Shown here piece after piece: positions 46,337-56,174 of a stretch of 63,884 nucleotides of DNA. Source of the DNA: Myxococcales bacterium. GTDB lineage: Bacteria > Myxococcota > Myxococcia > Myxococcales > 40CM-4-68-19. The notes beneath the pieces were generated by a model, which saw only the letters and a list, made by a program, of their open reading frames with translations, made no database searches and was not told the origin of the DNA. The position numbers and the translations under genes were made by a program. The DNA is taken from assembly GCA_035635335.1 (NCBI GenBank), contig DASQBG010000223.1:1-63884 (forward strand), in the 5' to 3' direction. Position 1 is the stretch's first letter. The number at the start of each line of letters is the position of its first letter.

Positions 46337-46542
46337 GTCCTGGTCGGGTGCTGGACGACACGTAACCAACAGTGAAAGGATGCGTTCGCCGCGCCTCGGG
46401 GGGAGCGGGCGGGCGGCGGAGAGATCGCGCAGCTTGCGCCATCCCTTCGCCGCCCTTGTCGCTTCGGGGCCGGAAAGAGGGCCTCGGCAGGTGCATGGCT
46501 TGTAGCACCGCTTGTGACAGCCGCTCAGGCATCAAGGCGCAA

Positions 46543-46577
46543 GTGGGGGACACCATAAAAACATGGTGTCCCCTCCA

Positions 46578-46578
<1 letters not shown>
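46543..46578. repeat. Hairpin GGGGACACCAT-aaaaac-ATGGTGTCCCC (family C copy 2), abutting the rpsA stop codon
   Basis: The stems lie at 46546..46556 and 46563..46573. The outer GTGG/CCAC extends the pairing. The 11-nt stem sequence is identical to that at 28086..28111. Confidence 0.9.
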
Positions 46579-48326
<1,748 letters not shown>

Positions 48327-48571
48327 GAACGTGTTTTGACCTGCGATTCTGGAACTTCGCCCCCTCGAAATGGAAAATCGCCGCGCGCCCCGGGGATCGA
48401 GGGCAAGCGGCGGTGTCTCCTTCGCTACTCCGCCGTCGAAGCGGGCGGACCCTACAGGCGGGTCTGCATGGTGTCAAGGTAGCGGAGGGACACGGTTTGG
48501 ATGCGTTCCTGCGACGGTGGATTCAGTGCGGATCCGGGTCCGGCAGAGCGCGTGTGGTACGTTTCCCGAGC

Positions 48572-48979
48572 ATGCGCCGCGCGGCCGGGAGATCGATGAC
48601 GGTGCCGCGCGCGCTGCTGCTCGCTTGCCTGGCGCTGGGCGCGGCGCTGGCCTGCGCACCCGGATCCTCCTGCCCGGACTCGAACGCGCTCGACTGTGGC
48701 AACGGCGCCTGCTGCGACGCGAGCCACCCCTTCCAGTGCGGCTCCAGGTGCTGGGTGGCCGCATCGGTGGCCACCGACAACGGATGCAACCAGTCCGTGG
48801 TCTGCAAGAGCACGGACGCGACGGTCTGCTATGCCGATTGGAGCTGCGGGAGCGACGCCCAGTGCGCCACCGACATGCGCAGCACCCGCGGAGTGGCCGG
48901 AACCTTCGGGAGCTCGGCGGCGTGCGAATCGTGGCGCACCCAGCACGCCGCCCCGACCTCGCAGTGCTACTGCCGCTAG
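48572..48979 (+). CDS. Cys-rich lipoprotein, hypothetical
   Basis: The ATG at 48572 gives MRRAAGRSMTVPRALLLACLALGAALAC (lipobox). The mature ~107 aa carry about 16 Cys (CPDSNALDCGNGACCDASHPFQCGSRC ... QCYC). It lies antisense between cmk and rpsA. Confidence 0.6.
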   Translation: MRRAAGRSMTVPRALLLACLALGAALACAPGSSCPDSNALDCGNGACCDASHPFQCGSRCWVAASVATDNGCNQSVVCKSTDATVCYADWSCGSDAQCATDMRSTRGVAGTFGSSAACESWRTQHAAPTSQCYCR

Positions 48980-48986
48980 CCGGCCG

Positions 48987-49718
48987 CTATACGGTTTCCG
49001 CAAGCCGCTCCCGGGCGACGCGGTAGCATCGCTCCACCACCTCGCCCAGGTCCATGCCGGTGGTATCGACCACCATCGCGTCGGGGGCCGGCTTGAGCGG
49101 CGCGATGGCGCGCTCGGAATCGTCCTTGTCGCGCCGCCGCTGGTCGGCCAGCACCTCCCCCAGGGGTACGGGCAGGCCCCTGTCGAGAAGCTCGGCGTGC
49201 CGGCGGCCGGCGCGCGCCTCGTCGTTGGCAGTGAGGAAGAACTTCACGTCCGCCTCGGGAAAGACCACCGTGCCGATGTCCCTCCCCTCCAGGACGGCGC
49301 CTCGTGGAGCGCCGAGCCCCAGCTGCCGCTGCAGGCCGAGGAGCTTCTGCCGGACGACCGGGCGGGCCGAGACCACGCTTGCCCCACGGCTGATCTCCGG
49401 CGCCCGGATCGCCTCGGTGACGTCCTCGCCGTGCAGCAGGACGCGCTGGCCGTCGCCAGCCGGCGCGAAGGAGATCCCCAGCCCCGCGTCGAGCAGGCGC
49501 GAAAGCCCCGAGTCGTCCTCCCAGCCGATCCCGGCGCGGCGCGCGGCCAGGGCCACCGCCCGGTAGATTGCGCCGGTATCGACGATGGTGAACCCCAGCC
49601 GGCGGGCCAGCTCGCGGGCGACCGTGCTCTTCCCTGCCCCGGCGGGACCGTCGATGGCGATGATGGGCGGCACGGGCGGGTCAGTAGCGCAAGGCTCGCG
49701 CAGCAGCAAGGACGCCAT
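48987..49718 (-). CDS. cmk: Cytidylate kinase
   Basis: The start is taken at ATG 49718. Motifs are IIAIDGPAGAGKSTVAR (P-loop), VDTGAIYRA and EGRDIGTVVFP. Confidence 0.93.
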   Translation of the reverse strand: MASLLLREPCATDPPVPPIIAIDGPAGAGKSTVARELARRLGFTIVDTGAIYRAVALAARRAGIGWEDDSGLSRLLDAGLGISFAPAGDGQRVLLHGEDVTEAIRAPEISRGASVVSARPVVRQKLLGLQRQLGLGAPRGAVLEGRDIGTVVFPEADVKFFLTANDEARAGRRHAELLDRGLPVPLGEVLADQRRRDKDDSERAIAPLKPAPDAMVVDTTGMDLGEVVERCYRVARERLAETV

Positions 49719-49796
49719 TCGCCGCCGTCTCCGGCGGCGCTGCGCGCTTCGAGGCGGGCGGCATGGAACGTATTCCGGGCCCGCGGCCAACTCGCT

Positions 49797-50060
49797 TCAG
49801 CGGTGCAGCGCGACGAAAAGGCCGAGCCGGACGGCCGCGGTGAGCGCCACTGTGCAGGTCAGGGCCTGCAGGCCGCGGCGCGGGGCGCGGTCGGTCTCGG
49901 GAAGCTGCTCGTCCTCGCCGCCGTCGGCCGGGACACGCGGTCCTTCGCCGTCCAGGGCGGCGACGGGGGCGGCCAGCCAGAGCCACCCGGACCAGCGGAG
50001 CACGGCGACGAGCAACGCGGCGAGCGCGAGCACCCAGGCGATCTCCACGGCGGGATGCAT
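49797..50060 (-). CDS. Hypothetical small membrane protein
   Basis: 87 aa with hydrophobic helices at both ends (IAWVLALAALLVAVL and LTCTVALTAAVRLGLFVAL). No family recognised. It could be spurious. Confidence 0.3.
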   Translation of the reverse strand: MHPAVEIAWVLALAALLVAVLRWSGWLWLAAPVAALDGEGPRVPADGGEDEQLPETDRAPRRGLQALTCTVALTAAVRLGLFVALHR

Positions 50061-50169
50061 GATGGGCGCAAGCTGTGGACGTCGGGGTGGAAACGGCTAG
50101 TGCCGGAGAGCGGACGGACAAGCAGGCGCCCGGTGCGCTATGGTGCGCGACCTTTCGAGGAGGACCGCA

Positions 50170-51093
50170 ATGAAGCGTCTGTGGGTCGCAGCAGTGCTCG
50201 CGTCGTCCCCTGCTTTCGCGCAGTGGCAGGACCTCAGCAAGGTGGAGATCAAGGCCACGAAGGTGGCCGGCTCCGTCTGGATGCTGGAAGGCTCCGGAGG
50301 GAACATCGGAGTCAGCGCCGGCGAAGACGGCATCGTGATGGTGGACGACCAGTTCGCCCCGCTGGTTCCCAAGATCAAGGCTGCTCTGGCGAAGATCTCC
50401 CAGAAGCCCGTTCGCTTCCTCGTCAATACGCACTGGCACTTCGACCACGTCGGCGGGAACGCCGGCATGGCGGACACCGCGGCGATCCTCGCCCACGAGA
50501 ACGTGCGCAAGCGGATGCAGGCGGGCGCGGAGGTGCCCGCTTTCAACCTCAAGATCGAGCCTGCCGAGTCGCGCGCCCTGCCTGTCCTCACCTACCAGCG
50601 CGACGTCACCATCTGGCTGAACGGCGAGCCCGTCCGCGCGCTGCACGTCCTGCCGGGGCACACCGACGGCGATACGGTGGTGTTCTTCACCAAGAGCAAC
50701 GTCGTGCACATGGGCGACGACTTCGTCACCTATGGCTTCCCTTTCGTCGATCTGGACAGCGGCGGCAGCGTGCGCGGGATGATCGCCGCGATCGACGAGC
50801 TGCTGCCGCAGATCCCTACCGACGCGAAGATCATCCCGGGCCACGGCCCGGTCTCGACTGTCGCGGACCTCAAGAAGTTCCGCAACCGGCTGGACGAGAT
50901 CGTCGCGCTGGTTGCCCGGGGCCTCAAGAGCGGCAAGACCGTCGAGCAGATGCAGAAGGAGAAGCTGCTCGCCCCCTACGCCGACTGGGAGGGCGGATTC
51001 TTCAAGGCCGACCAGTTCATCGCCGTCGTCGCCCGGGACTTGCAGCAGGCCCCGACGCCAGCCGCGCCGAGCGGGAGCGCCGCGAAGAAGTGA
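50170..51093 (+). CDS. Secreted MBL-fold metallo-hydrolase
   Basis: The ATG at 50170 gives MKRLWVAAVLASSPAFAQ (signal). Motifs are NTHWHFDHVGGN (HxHxDH), HTDGD and PGHGP. Confidence 0.88.
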   Translation: MKRLWVAAVLASSPAFAQWQDLSKVEIKATKVAGSVWMLEGSGGNIGVSAGEDGIVMVDDQFAPLVPKIKAALAKISQKPVRFLVNTHWHFDHVGGNAGMADTAAILAHENVRKRMQAGAEVPAFNLKIEPAESRALPVLTYQRDVTIWLNGEPVRALHVLPGHTDGDTVVFFTKSNVVHMGDDFVTYGFPFVDLDSGGSVRGMIAAIDELLPQIPTDAKIIPGHGPVSTVADLKKFRNRLDEIVALVARGLKSGKTVEQMQKEKLLAPYADWEGGFFKADQFIAVVARDLQQAPTPAAPSGSAAKK

Positions 51094-51105
51094 GCGCCGG
51101 GGCGC

Positions 51106-52098
51106 TCATCCGAGCGTCGGGGGGGTCGGCTCGGTGATGGGGCCGAGCTTGCGGAACTTGCGGTAGCGATCCTCGACGATCTGGTCGGGGCCCATCTCCC
51201 GCAATTCGCGCAGGTGGCGGCGGAGGGCGTCGCGCAGCCTCGCCGCGGTGAGGTCCGGATCGCGGTGCGCGCCGCCGGCGGACTCCTCGACCAGCTCCTC
51301 GACGATGCCCAGCTCGTACGCATCGCGCGCGGTCAGCTTCAGCGCCTCGGCCGCCTTCTGGCCCTTGCTCGAATCGCGGTAGAGGATGGCCGCGCAGGAC
51401 TCGGGCGAGATCACCGAGTACCAGCTGTACTGCAGCATGAGCAGGCGGTTGCACACGCCGATGGCCAGCGCGCCGCCCGAGCCGCCCTCCCCGATGACCA
51501 CCGAGATGACCGGTACTTGTAGCGCGGCCATCTGCTCCAGGCAGACGGCGATCGCCTCCGCCTGCCCTCGCTCCTCGGCGTCGATCCCCGGGTAGGCGCC
51601 GGGGGTGTCGATGAAGGCGATCACCGGCCGATCGAACCGCTCCGCCAGCTTCATCAGGCGCAGAGCCTTGCGATAGCCCTCCGGGCGCGGCATCCCGAAG
51701 CTGCGCAGGAGGTTCTCCTTGGTGGATCTGCCCTTCTGCTGCCCGAGGAGCAGCACCGGCTCGCCGTCGAACCGCGCCAGCCCGCCCACCAGCGCCTGGT
51801 CGTCCCCGAAGGACCGGTCGCCGTGCAGCTCGACCCAATCGGTGAACAGCCGCTGGACGTAGTCCAGCATGTAAGGCCGGCTCGGATGCCGCGAGAGCTG
51901 CACCACCTGCCAGCGGGTCAGCTCGGCGAAGATCTCCTGCTGCAGCTTGGTGCAGCGCTTCTCCAGCCGGCGGATCTCGCCGTCCAGCGCATCGGCGTCG
52001 CCCGAGGCGGTGCCCGTGGCCGCGTGCCGCTTCAGCTCGGCGAGCTTCTGCTCCAGCTCCAGGAGGGGCTTTTCGAACTCCAGCGCGAAGGTGCTCAT
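51106..52098 (-). CDS. accA: Acetyl-CoA carboxylase carboxyltransferase subunit alpha
   Basis: The ATG at 52098 overlaps the miaA stop (ATGA). Motifs are MSTFALEFEKPLLELEQKL, RHPSRPYMLDY, FIDTPGAYPG and GEGGSGGALA. Confidence 0.96.
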   Translation of the reverse strand: MSTFALEFEKPLLELEQKLAELKRHAATGTASGDADALDGEIRRLEKRCTKLQQEIFAELTRWQVVQLSRHPSRPYMLDYVQRLFTDWVELHGDRSFGDDQALVGGLARFDGEPVLLLGQQKGRSTKENLLRSFGMPRPEGYRKALRLMKLAERFDRPVIAFIDTPGAYPGIDAEERGQAEAIAVCLEQMAALQVPVISVVIGEGGSGGALAIGVCNRLLMLQYSWYSVISPESCAAILYRDSSKGQKAAEALKLTARDAYELGIVEELVEESAGGAHRDPDLTAARLRDALRRHLRELREMGPDQIVEDRYRKFRKLGPITEPTPPTLG

Positions 52099-53036
52099 CG
52101 TCTCGAGGCGCCCTCGTACCATTGCGCCGCCTGGGCGCAAAGCCGCGCCGCGTCGGGGGGCCACGCGGGGGCGGGCGCGCCGTACTCCTTGGTGAACCAA
52201 GTCCTTTGGCGTTTCGCGTACTGGCGCGTGCGGGCGGCCACGCGCTCTTCGGCCTCCTCCCGGGTGCACCGATCAGCGAGCGCGTCCGCCATCTCGCCGT
52301 ACCCGATGATCTTGAGGGCCTTGCGGGCGCCCGGGACACGCTCGCAGCGGTCGATCAGCCACCGCGTTTCCCGCTCCAGCGCGCCCGACTCGAACAGCGC
52401 GCGCGTCCGCCGGGCGATGTTTTGCTGTAGCACCTCGCGCGGCGGCGCGAGATGCACGACGAGCGCCGGATAGCGCTCCTCCGCGAAGGCGTGCTCGCGC
52501 TGCAGCTCGGACAAGCGGCGCCCTACGAGCGCGTGCACCTCCAGCGCGCGCTCGATGCGAACGCGGTCGTTCGGGCGGATCGCGCGGGCAGCGTCCGGAT
52601 CGACCAGCGCGAGGCGCGCGTGCAGGGCGGGGAGCCCCTCCTCCTCCAGCTCGCGGCGGAACTGGTCGCGGAACCCGGTCGAGGCGCCGGGCGCGTCGAG
52701 CAGCCCGCGCAAGAGCGCCCGGACCCACAAGCCCGTCCCGCCGGCAACGATCACGCGCTTGCCGCGCCGATCCACCTCCGCGATGGCCGCGTCGGCCAGC
52801 TGCACGAAGCGGGCGGCGTCGAGCTGCTCCTCGGGCTCGGCCACGTCCAGCAGGTGATGAGGCGCCGCCGATCGCTCCTCGGGGCTCGGCTTGGCGGTGC
52901 CGGCGTCGAGCCCGCGGTAGCACTGCTGCGAATCGGCCGAGACGATCTCGGCGCCCAGCTCCCGCGCCAGGGCGCAGGCCAGCGACGTCTTGCCGGACGC
53001 GGTCGGTCCGACCACGACGAGGAGGGGCGAGGTCAT
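52095..53036 (-). CDS. miaA: tRNA dimethylallyltransferase
   Basis: The ATG at 53036 overlaps the upstream stop (ATGA). Motifs are LLVVVGPTASGKTSLA (P-loop), SADSQQCYRGLDAGTAKP, GGTGLW and YAKRQRTWF. Confidence 0.95.
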   Translation of the reverse strand: MTSPLLVVVGPTASGKTSLACALARELGAEIVSADSQQCYRGLDAGTAKPSPEERSAAPHHLLDVAEPEEQLDAARFVQLADAAIAEVDRRGKRVIVAGGTGLWVRALLRGLLDAPGASTGFRDQFRRELEEEGLPALHARLALVDPDAARAIRPNDRVRIERALEVHALVGRRLSELQREHAFAEERYPALVVHLAPPREVLQQNIARRTRALFESGALERETRWLIDRCERVPGARKALKIIGYGEMADALADRCTREEAEERVAARTRQYAKRQRTWFTKEYGAPAPAWPPDAARLCAQAAQWYEGASRR

Positions 53037-54178
53037 CGCTGGTCCGGGACGTCCCCGCCCGCCGACCATCCCGGACTGCCGTCCAGCCGATCGACGCGGC
53101 GCACCTGGCTTTGCGGTCCGATGCGCAGACCGTCGCCCTTGGAGACCACTCCGCCGAGCAGCACGAGATCTCCGCGCCCGAGCCGATCGAAGTCCGCATT
53201 GCCGGGCGCCTCGTCGCGGTCGAGGCGCCCCACCGGCATCCTCCCCTGGTCGCTGCAGACGAACAGCCGCTTCTTCCCCTTTTCCGGCTGCGGCACGCCG
53301 ACCACGCGCCACACGTCGCGCGGAGGCGGCGCCACGCCGCGGGTCAACACCAGCGGGGCGTAGGCCAGCTCCTCGTCGGCGCGCAGGCCGAGCTCGGCGG
53401 CGAGCTGCGCCAGGTGCGGCGGCGGCTCCCATGCGTGCTGCGCGGTGCACCAGTCGCGCGGGTGCGCGAGCGCCGGGCACGGCCGCTGCGTCAGGCACGG
53501 GGCCGCGGCCATCCACCCTCCTCTGCGCAGCAGCCCGTCCCGCACCTCGAGCAGAGCGCGTCCCGTCTCCCGCAAGGCCGGCTCGACCAGCAGCACCGCG
53601 CCTGCAGGGGCGACGGGAAGCGCTTCGATCAGCGGAACCCGGGACGCGCCGGGCAGCTCCGAGAGCGCATTCGCAACCACGGCCACGTCGAAGACGCCCT
53701 CCAGGCGAGGCAAGCCATGCTGGAGATCCGCTTCTTGCGTCCGGACGAGATCCTCCGAGAGCGCTCGCGCCTCAAAGAGCGCCGCGGTGCTCGCGTCGAG
53801 AGCCAGCGCGGTCCCGCCCAGCGCATCGAGCAGCGCGAGCGCGGCGGGCGCGGGGCCAGCCGCCACGTCGAGGATGCGCGGCCGCCCGGGCAAGGCTCGC
53901 AACGCCCCAGCCGACCGCGCCAGCGCGAGCATCGCCTGGACCTTCGCGTAGGTCTGCGGCCACCACCAGAGGAGGTACGCGCCGAGGTGCGCGGGCTCAT
54001 CGTACGTGCCCGCGCGCGCCAGCTCGCGCCCGCCCACCAGGCCCTGGTGCAGCGCCTCGACCACCCGGGCAGCGTGGCGCAGCTCGGCCGGAGCGAGCCG
54101 ATCGGCCGGCCCGGGCGGAAGACCGAGCAGCGCGCGGGCGCGGCGGAGCAGAGCAGGGACGCGCCGGGACAGGGTCAC
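53033..54178 (-). CDS. SAM-dependent methyltransferase, Rsm22-like
   Basis: 381 aa with ILDVAAGPAPAALAL (motif I-like), VVANALSEL, and a Cys cluster CLTQRPCPALAHPRDWC as in the Rsm22 family. Confidence 0.65.
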   Translation of the reverse strand: MTLSRRVPALLRRARALLGLPPGPADRLAPAELRHAARVVEALHQGLVGGRELARAGTYDEPAHLGAYLLWWWPQTYAKVQAMLALARSAGALRALPGRPRILDVAAGPAPAALALLDALGGTALALDASTAALFEARALSEDLVRTQEADLQHGLPRLEGVFDVAVVANALSELPGASRVPLIEALPVAPAGAVLLVEPALRETGRALLEVRDGLLRRGGWMAAAPCLTQRPCPALAHPRDWCTAQHAWEPPPHLAQLAAELGLRADEELAYAPLVLTRGVAPPPRDVWRVVGVPQPEKGKKRLFVCSDQGRMPVGRLDRDEAPGNADFDRLGRGDLVLLGGVVSKGDGLRIGPQSQVRRVDRLDGSPGWSAGGDVPDQR

Positions 54179-54206
54179 GGCGGCGGAGCATAACCCCGGA
54201 GGCTCT

Positions 54207-55178
54207 TCAGCCGGGGCGCGGCGATTCGATGCCGAGCTCGCGCAGCGCCGCGCGGAATTCCGGCGGGAGCGGCGCCTCGCAGCGCACGGCCACGCCCGTG
54301 CGGGGATGGGTGAAGCCCAGCACCGCCGCGTGCAGCGCCTGCCTGCCGATCGCCGCGGATGCCCGCCGGGCAGGAGCGTCCGGCCGCAGCCGCGCTTCGC
54401 GCTTGCGCCCGCCGTACAGCGCGTCGCCCAGCAGGGGATGGCCGGCGTCGGCGAAGTGGGCGCGGATCTGGTGGGTGCGCCCGGTGAGCAGCTCCACCTC
54501 GACCAGCGCGGCGCCGGAAGCCCGCCCCAGCACGCGCCACCGCGTCACGGCGCGCCGCCCCTCGCGCACGCGCGAGCTGAACCGCTTGCGATCCACCGGG
54601 TGCCGGCCGTGCAGCGTGTCGAGCTCTCCCGAGTCCGACGGCACGCCGTGCACGATGGCCAGGTAGCGTTTCTCCACCCGCCGCGACTTGAACTCCGCCT
54701 GCAGACCGCGCAGCGCGGGCTCGGTCTTCGCCACCACCAGGCACCCGGAGGTCTCCTTGTCGAGGCGGTGCACGATCCCGGGACGCAGCTCGCCTCCGAT
54801 CCCGGCCAGCCCGCGGACCTGGTGCAAGAGGCCGTGGACCACGGTACCGGAGGAGATGCCCGCGCCCGGGTGGACGGCCATTCCGGCGGGCTTGTCGATC
54901 ACGAGGAGGTCCTCGTCCTGGTAGAGGACCGGGAGCCGCAGGTCCTCGGGCAAGAGCGCGACAGGGCGGGGCTCGGGGACGCGCACTTCGATCTCCGCGC
55001 CGGCCCGGGGCCGCAGGGACGGCTTGGCCACGGCGCCTCCCACGCGCACCGCGCCTTGCGCGATGAGCTGCTGCAGCCGCGCGCGCGACAGCTCGGGCAG
55101 GCGCGCGGCGAGGAGCTGGTCGAGGCGCTTTCCGGCCTCGCCCGCCTCGACCCGCAACTGGACTACGGCGGATTCCAT
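54207..55178 (-). CDS. rluD: 23S rRNA pseudouridine synthase, RluA family (RluD-like)
   Basis: The start is taken at ATG 55178 (MESAVVQLRV). It has an S4 domain (RLDQLLAARLP...SRARLQQLI), LLVIDKPAGMAVHPG, the catalytic HRLDKETSG, and GRTHQIRAH. Confidence 0.92.
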   Translation of the reverse strand: MESAVVQLRVEAGEAGKRLDQLLAARLPELSRARLQQLIAQGAVRVGGAVAKPSLRPRAGAEIEVRVPEPRPVALLPEDLRLPVLYQDEDLLVIDKPAGMAVHPGAGISSGTVVHGLLHQVRGLAGIGGELRPGIVHRLDKETSGCLVVAKTEPALRGLQAEFKSRRVEKRYLAIVHGVPSDSGELDTLHGRHPVDRKRFSSRVREGRRAVTRWRVLGRASGAALVEVELLTGRTHQIRAHFADAGHPLLGDALYGGRKREARLRPDAPARRASAAIGRQALHAAVLGFTHPRTGVAVRCEAPLPPEFRAALRELGIESPRPG

Positions 55179-55228
55179 GACAGCCGCGCCGTGAGCTCGA
55201 GCGCCGCCCGAGACGGCGGCGACCGGGC

Positions 55229-55498
55229 TCACCAGATCTTCGACTTGATGTTGCCCTTGCGCGCCAGGATGACGTCGACCAGGGCCCGCTCGAAGAAGTT
55301 CGTGCTCGCGTAGAGCCTGGGGTCCACGCGGCCCTCGTAGTGCGCGCGGCCCTCCTCGATCTCGTCGGCCAGCACGGTGAAGAAGGTATCGTTCTCGATC
55401 CCTTCCTTGATCTTCGCCTCGTTGTAGAGCGAGAGGTCGGAGGCGATGGCGCGCGCCAGCCGGTTGGCCGCCTCGGGCGTGTCGATCACCGTCGCCAT
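55229..55498 (-). CDS. Hypothetical small cytoplasmic protein (89 aa)
   Basis: It reads as a clean, non-low-complexity sequence: MATVIDTPEAANRLARAIASDLSLYNEAKIKEGIENDTFFTVLADEIEEGRAHYEGRV... It lies inside the selA-to-accA gene string. No family recognised. Confidence 0.6.
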   Translation of the reverse strand: MATVIDTPEAANRLARAIASDLSLYNEAKIKEGIENDTFFTVLADEIEEGRAHYEGRVDPRLYASTNFFERALVDVILARKGNIKSKIW

Positions 55499-55571
55499 GG
55501 GCGGAATCTACCGCACGGCCCCGCCAGGGTCACGAAACGGTCGGCGCACGCCTCCGCACGCGCACCTTGCC

Positions 55572-56174
55572 CTACTCGGGGGCCAGCTCGACGTTCCAGT
55601 AGGCCAGGTCGGCCGTGTTCAGGAAGGGCAGCCACTGCGTGTAGAAGCGCCCGGTCCTGGGCGGGCCGCGGAAGAAGGGGGTCCATCTCGGCCGCACCGC
55701 AGCGCGCAGGAGCTTCATGTGCGCCTCGTCCGGCGTCCGGCCTCCCTTCCTCAGATTACAAGGCACGCAACTGCAGACGACGTTTTCCCAGGTCGTCAGG
55801 CCGCCCCGGCTGCGCGGCACGATGTGATCGAGGTTCAGCTCGGCGCGCGCGGGCGTGCGCCCGCAGTACTGGCAGGTGTTCCGGTCGCGGGCGTAGATGT
55901 TCAAGCGCGAGAAGCGCACCTTGGCGCGCGGCAGGTGATCGTAGGCCTGCAGCAGGATGACCCGCGGGACGCGCAGGCGCCGCGACGAGGTCCCGATCGA
56001 CTCCTCGTGGATGGCGACCGCCAGCTCGGCCCAGGACTCGAAATCGAACGTCTGGTACTGCTCGTCGACCGCCTTGGCAGCGCCGCGGTAGAGCAGGATG
56101 ATGGCTCGGCGCACGCTGGTCACGTGCACCGGCTGGTAGAGGCGGTTCAGGACCAGCACGCTCGTCGAGAGCAC
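55572..56174 (-). CDS. HNH endonuclease-family protein
   Basis: 200 aa. The HNH core reads CQYCGRTPARAELNLDHIVPRSRGGLTTWENVVCSCVPCNLRKG. The start is directly adjacent to the selA stop, with no spacer. Confidence 0.85.
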   Translation of the reverse strand: MLSTSVLVLNRLYQPVHVTSVRRAIILLYRGAAKAVDEQYQTFDFESWAELAVAIHEESIGTSSRRLRVPRVILLQAYDHLPRAKVRFSRLNIYARDRNTCQYCGRTPARAELNLDHIVPRSRGGLTTWENVVCSCVPCNLRKGGRTPDEAHMKLLRAAVRPRWTPFFRGPPRTGRFYTQWLPFLNTADLAYWNVELAPE

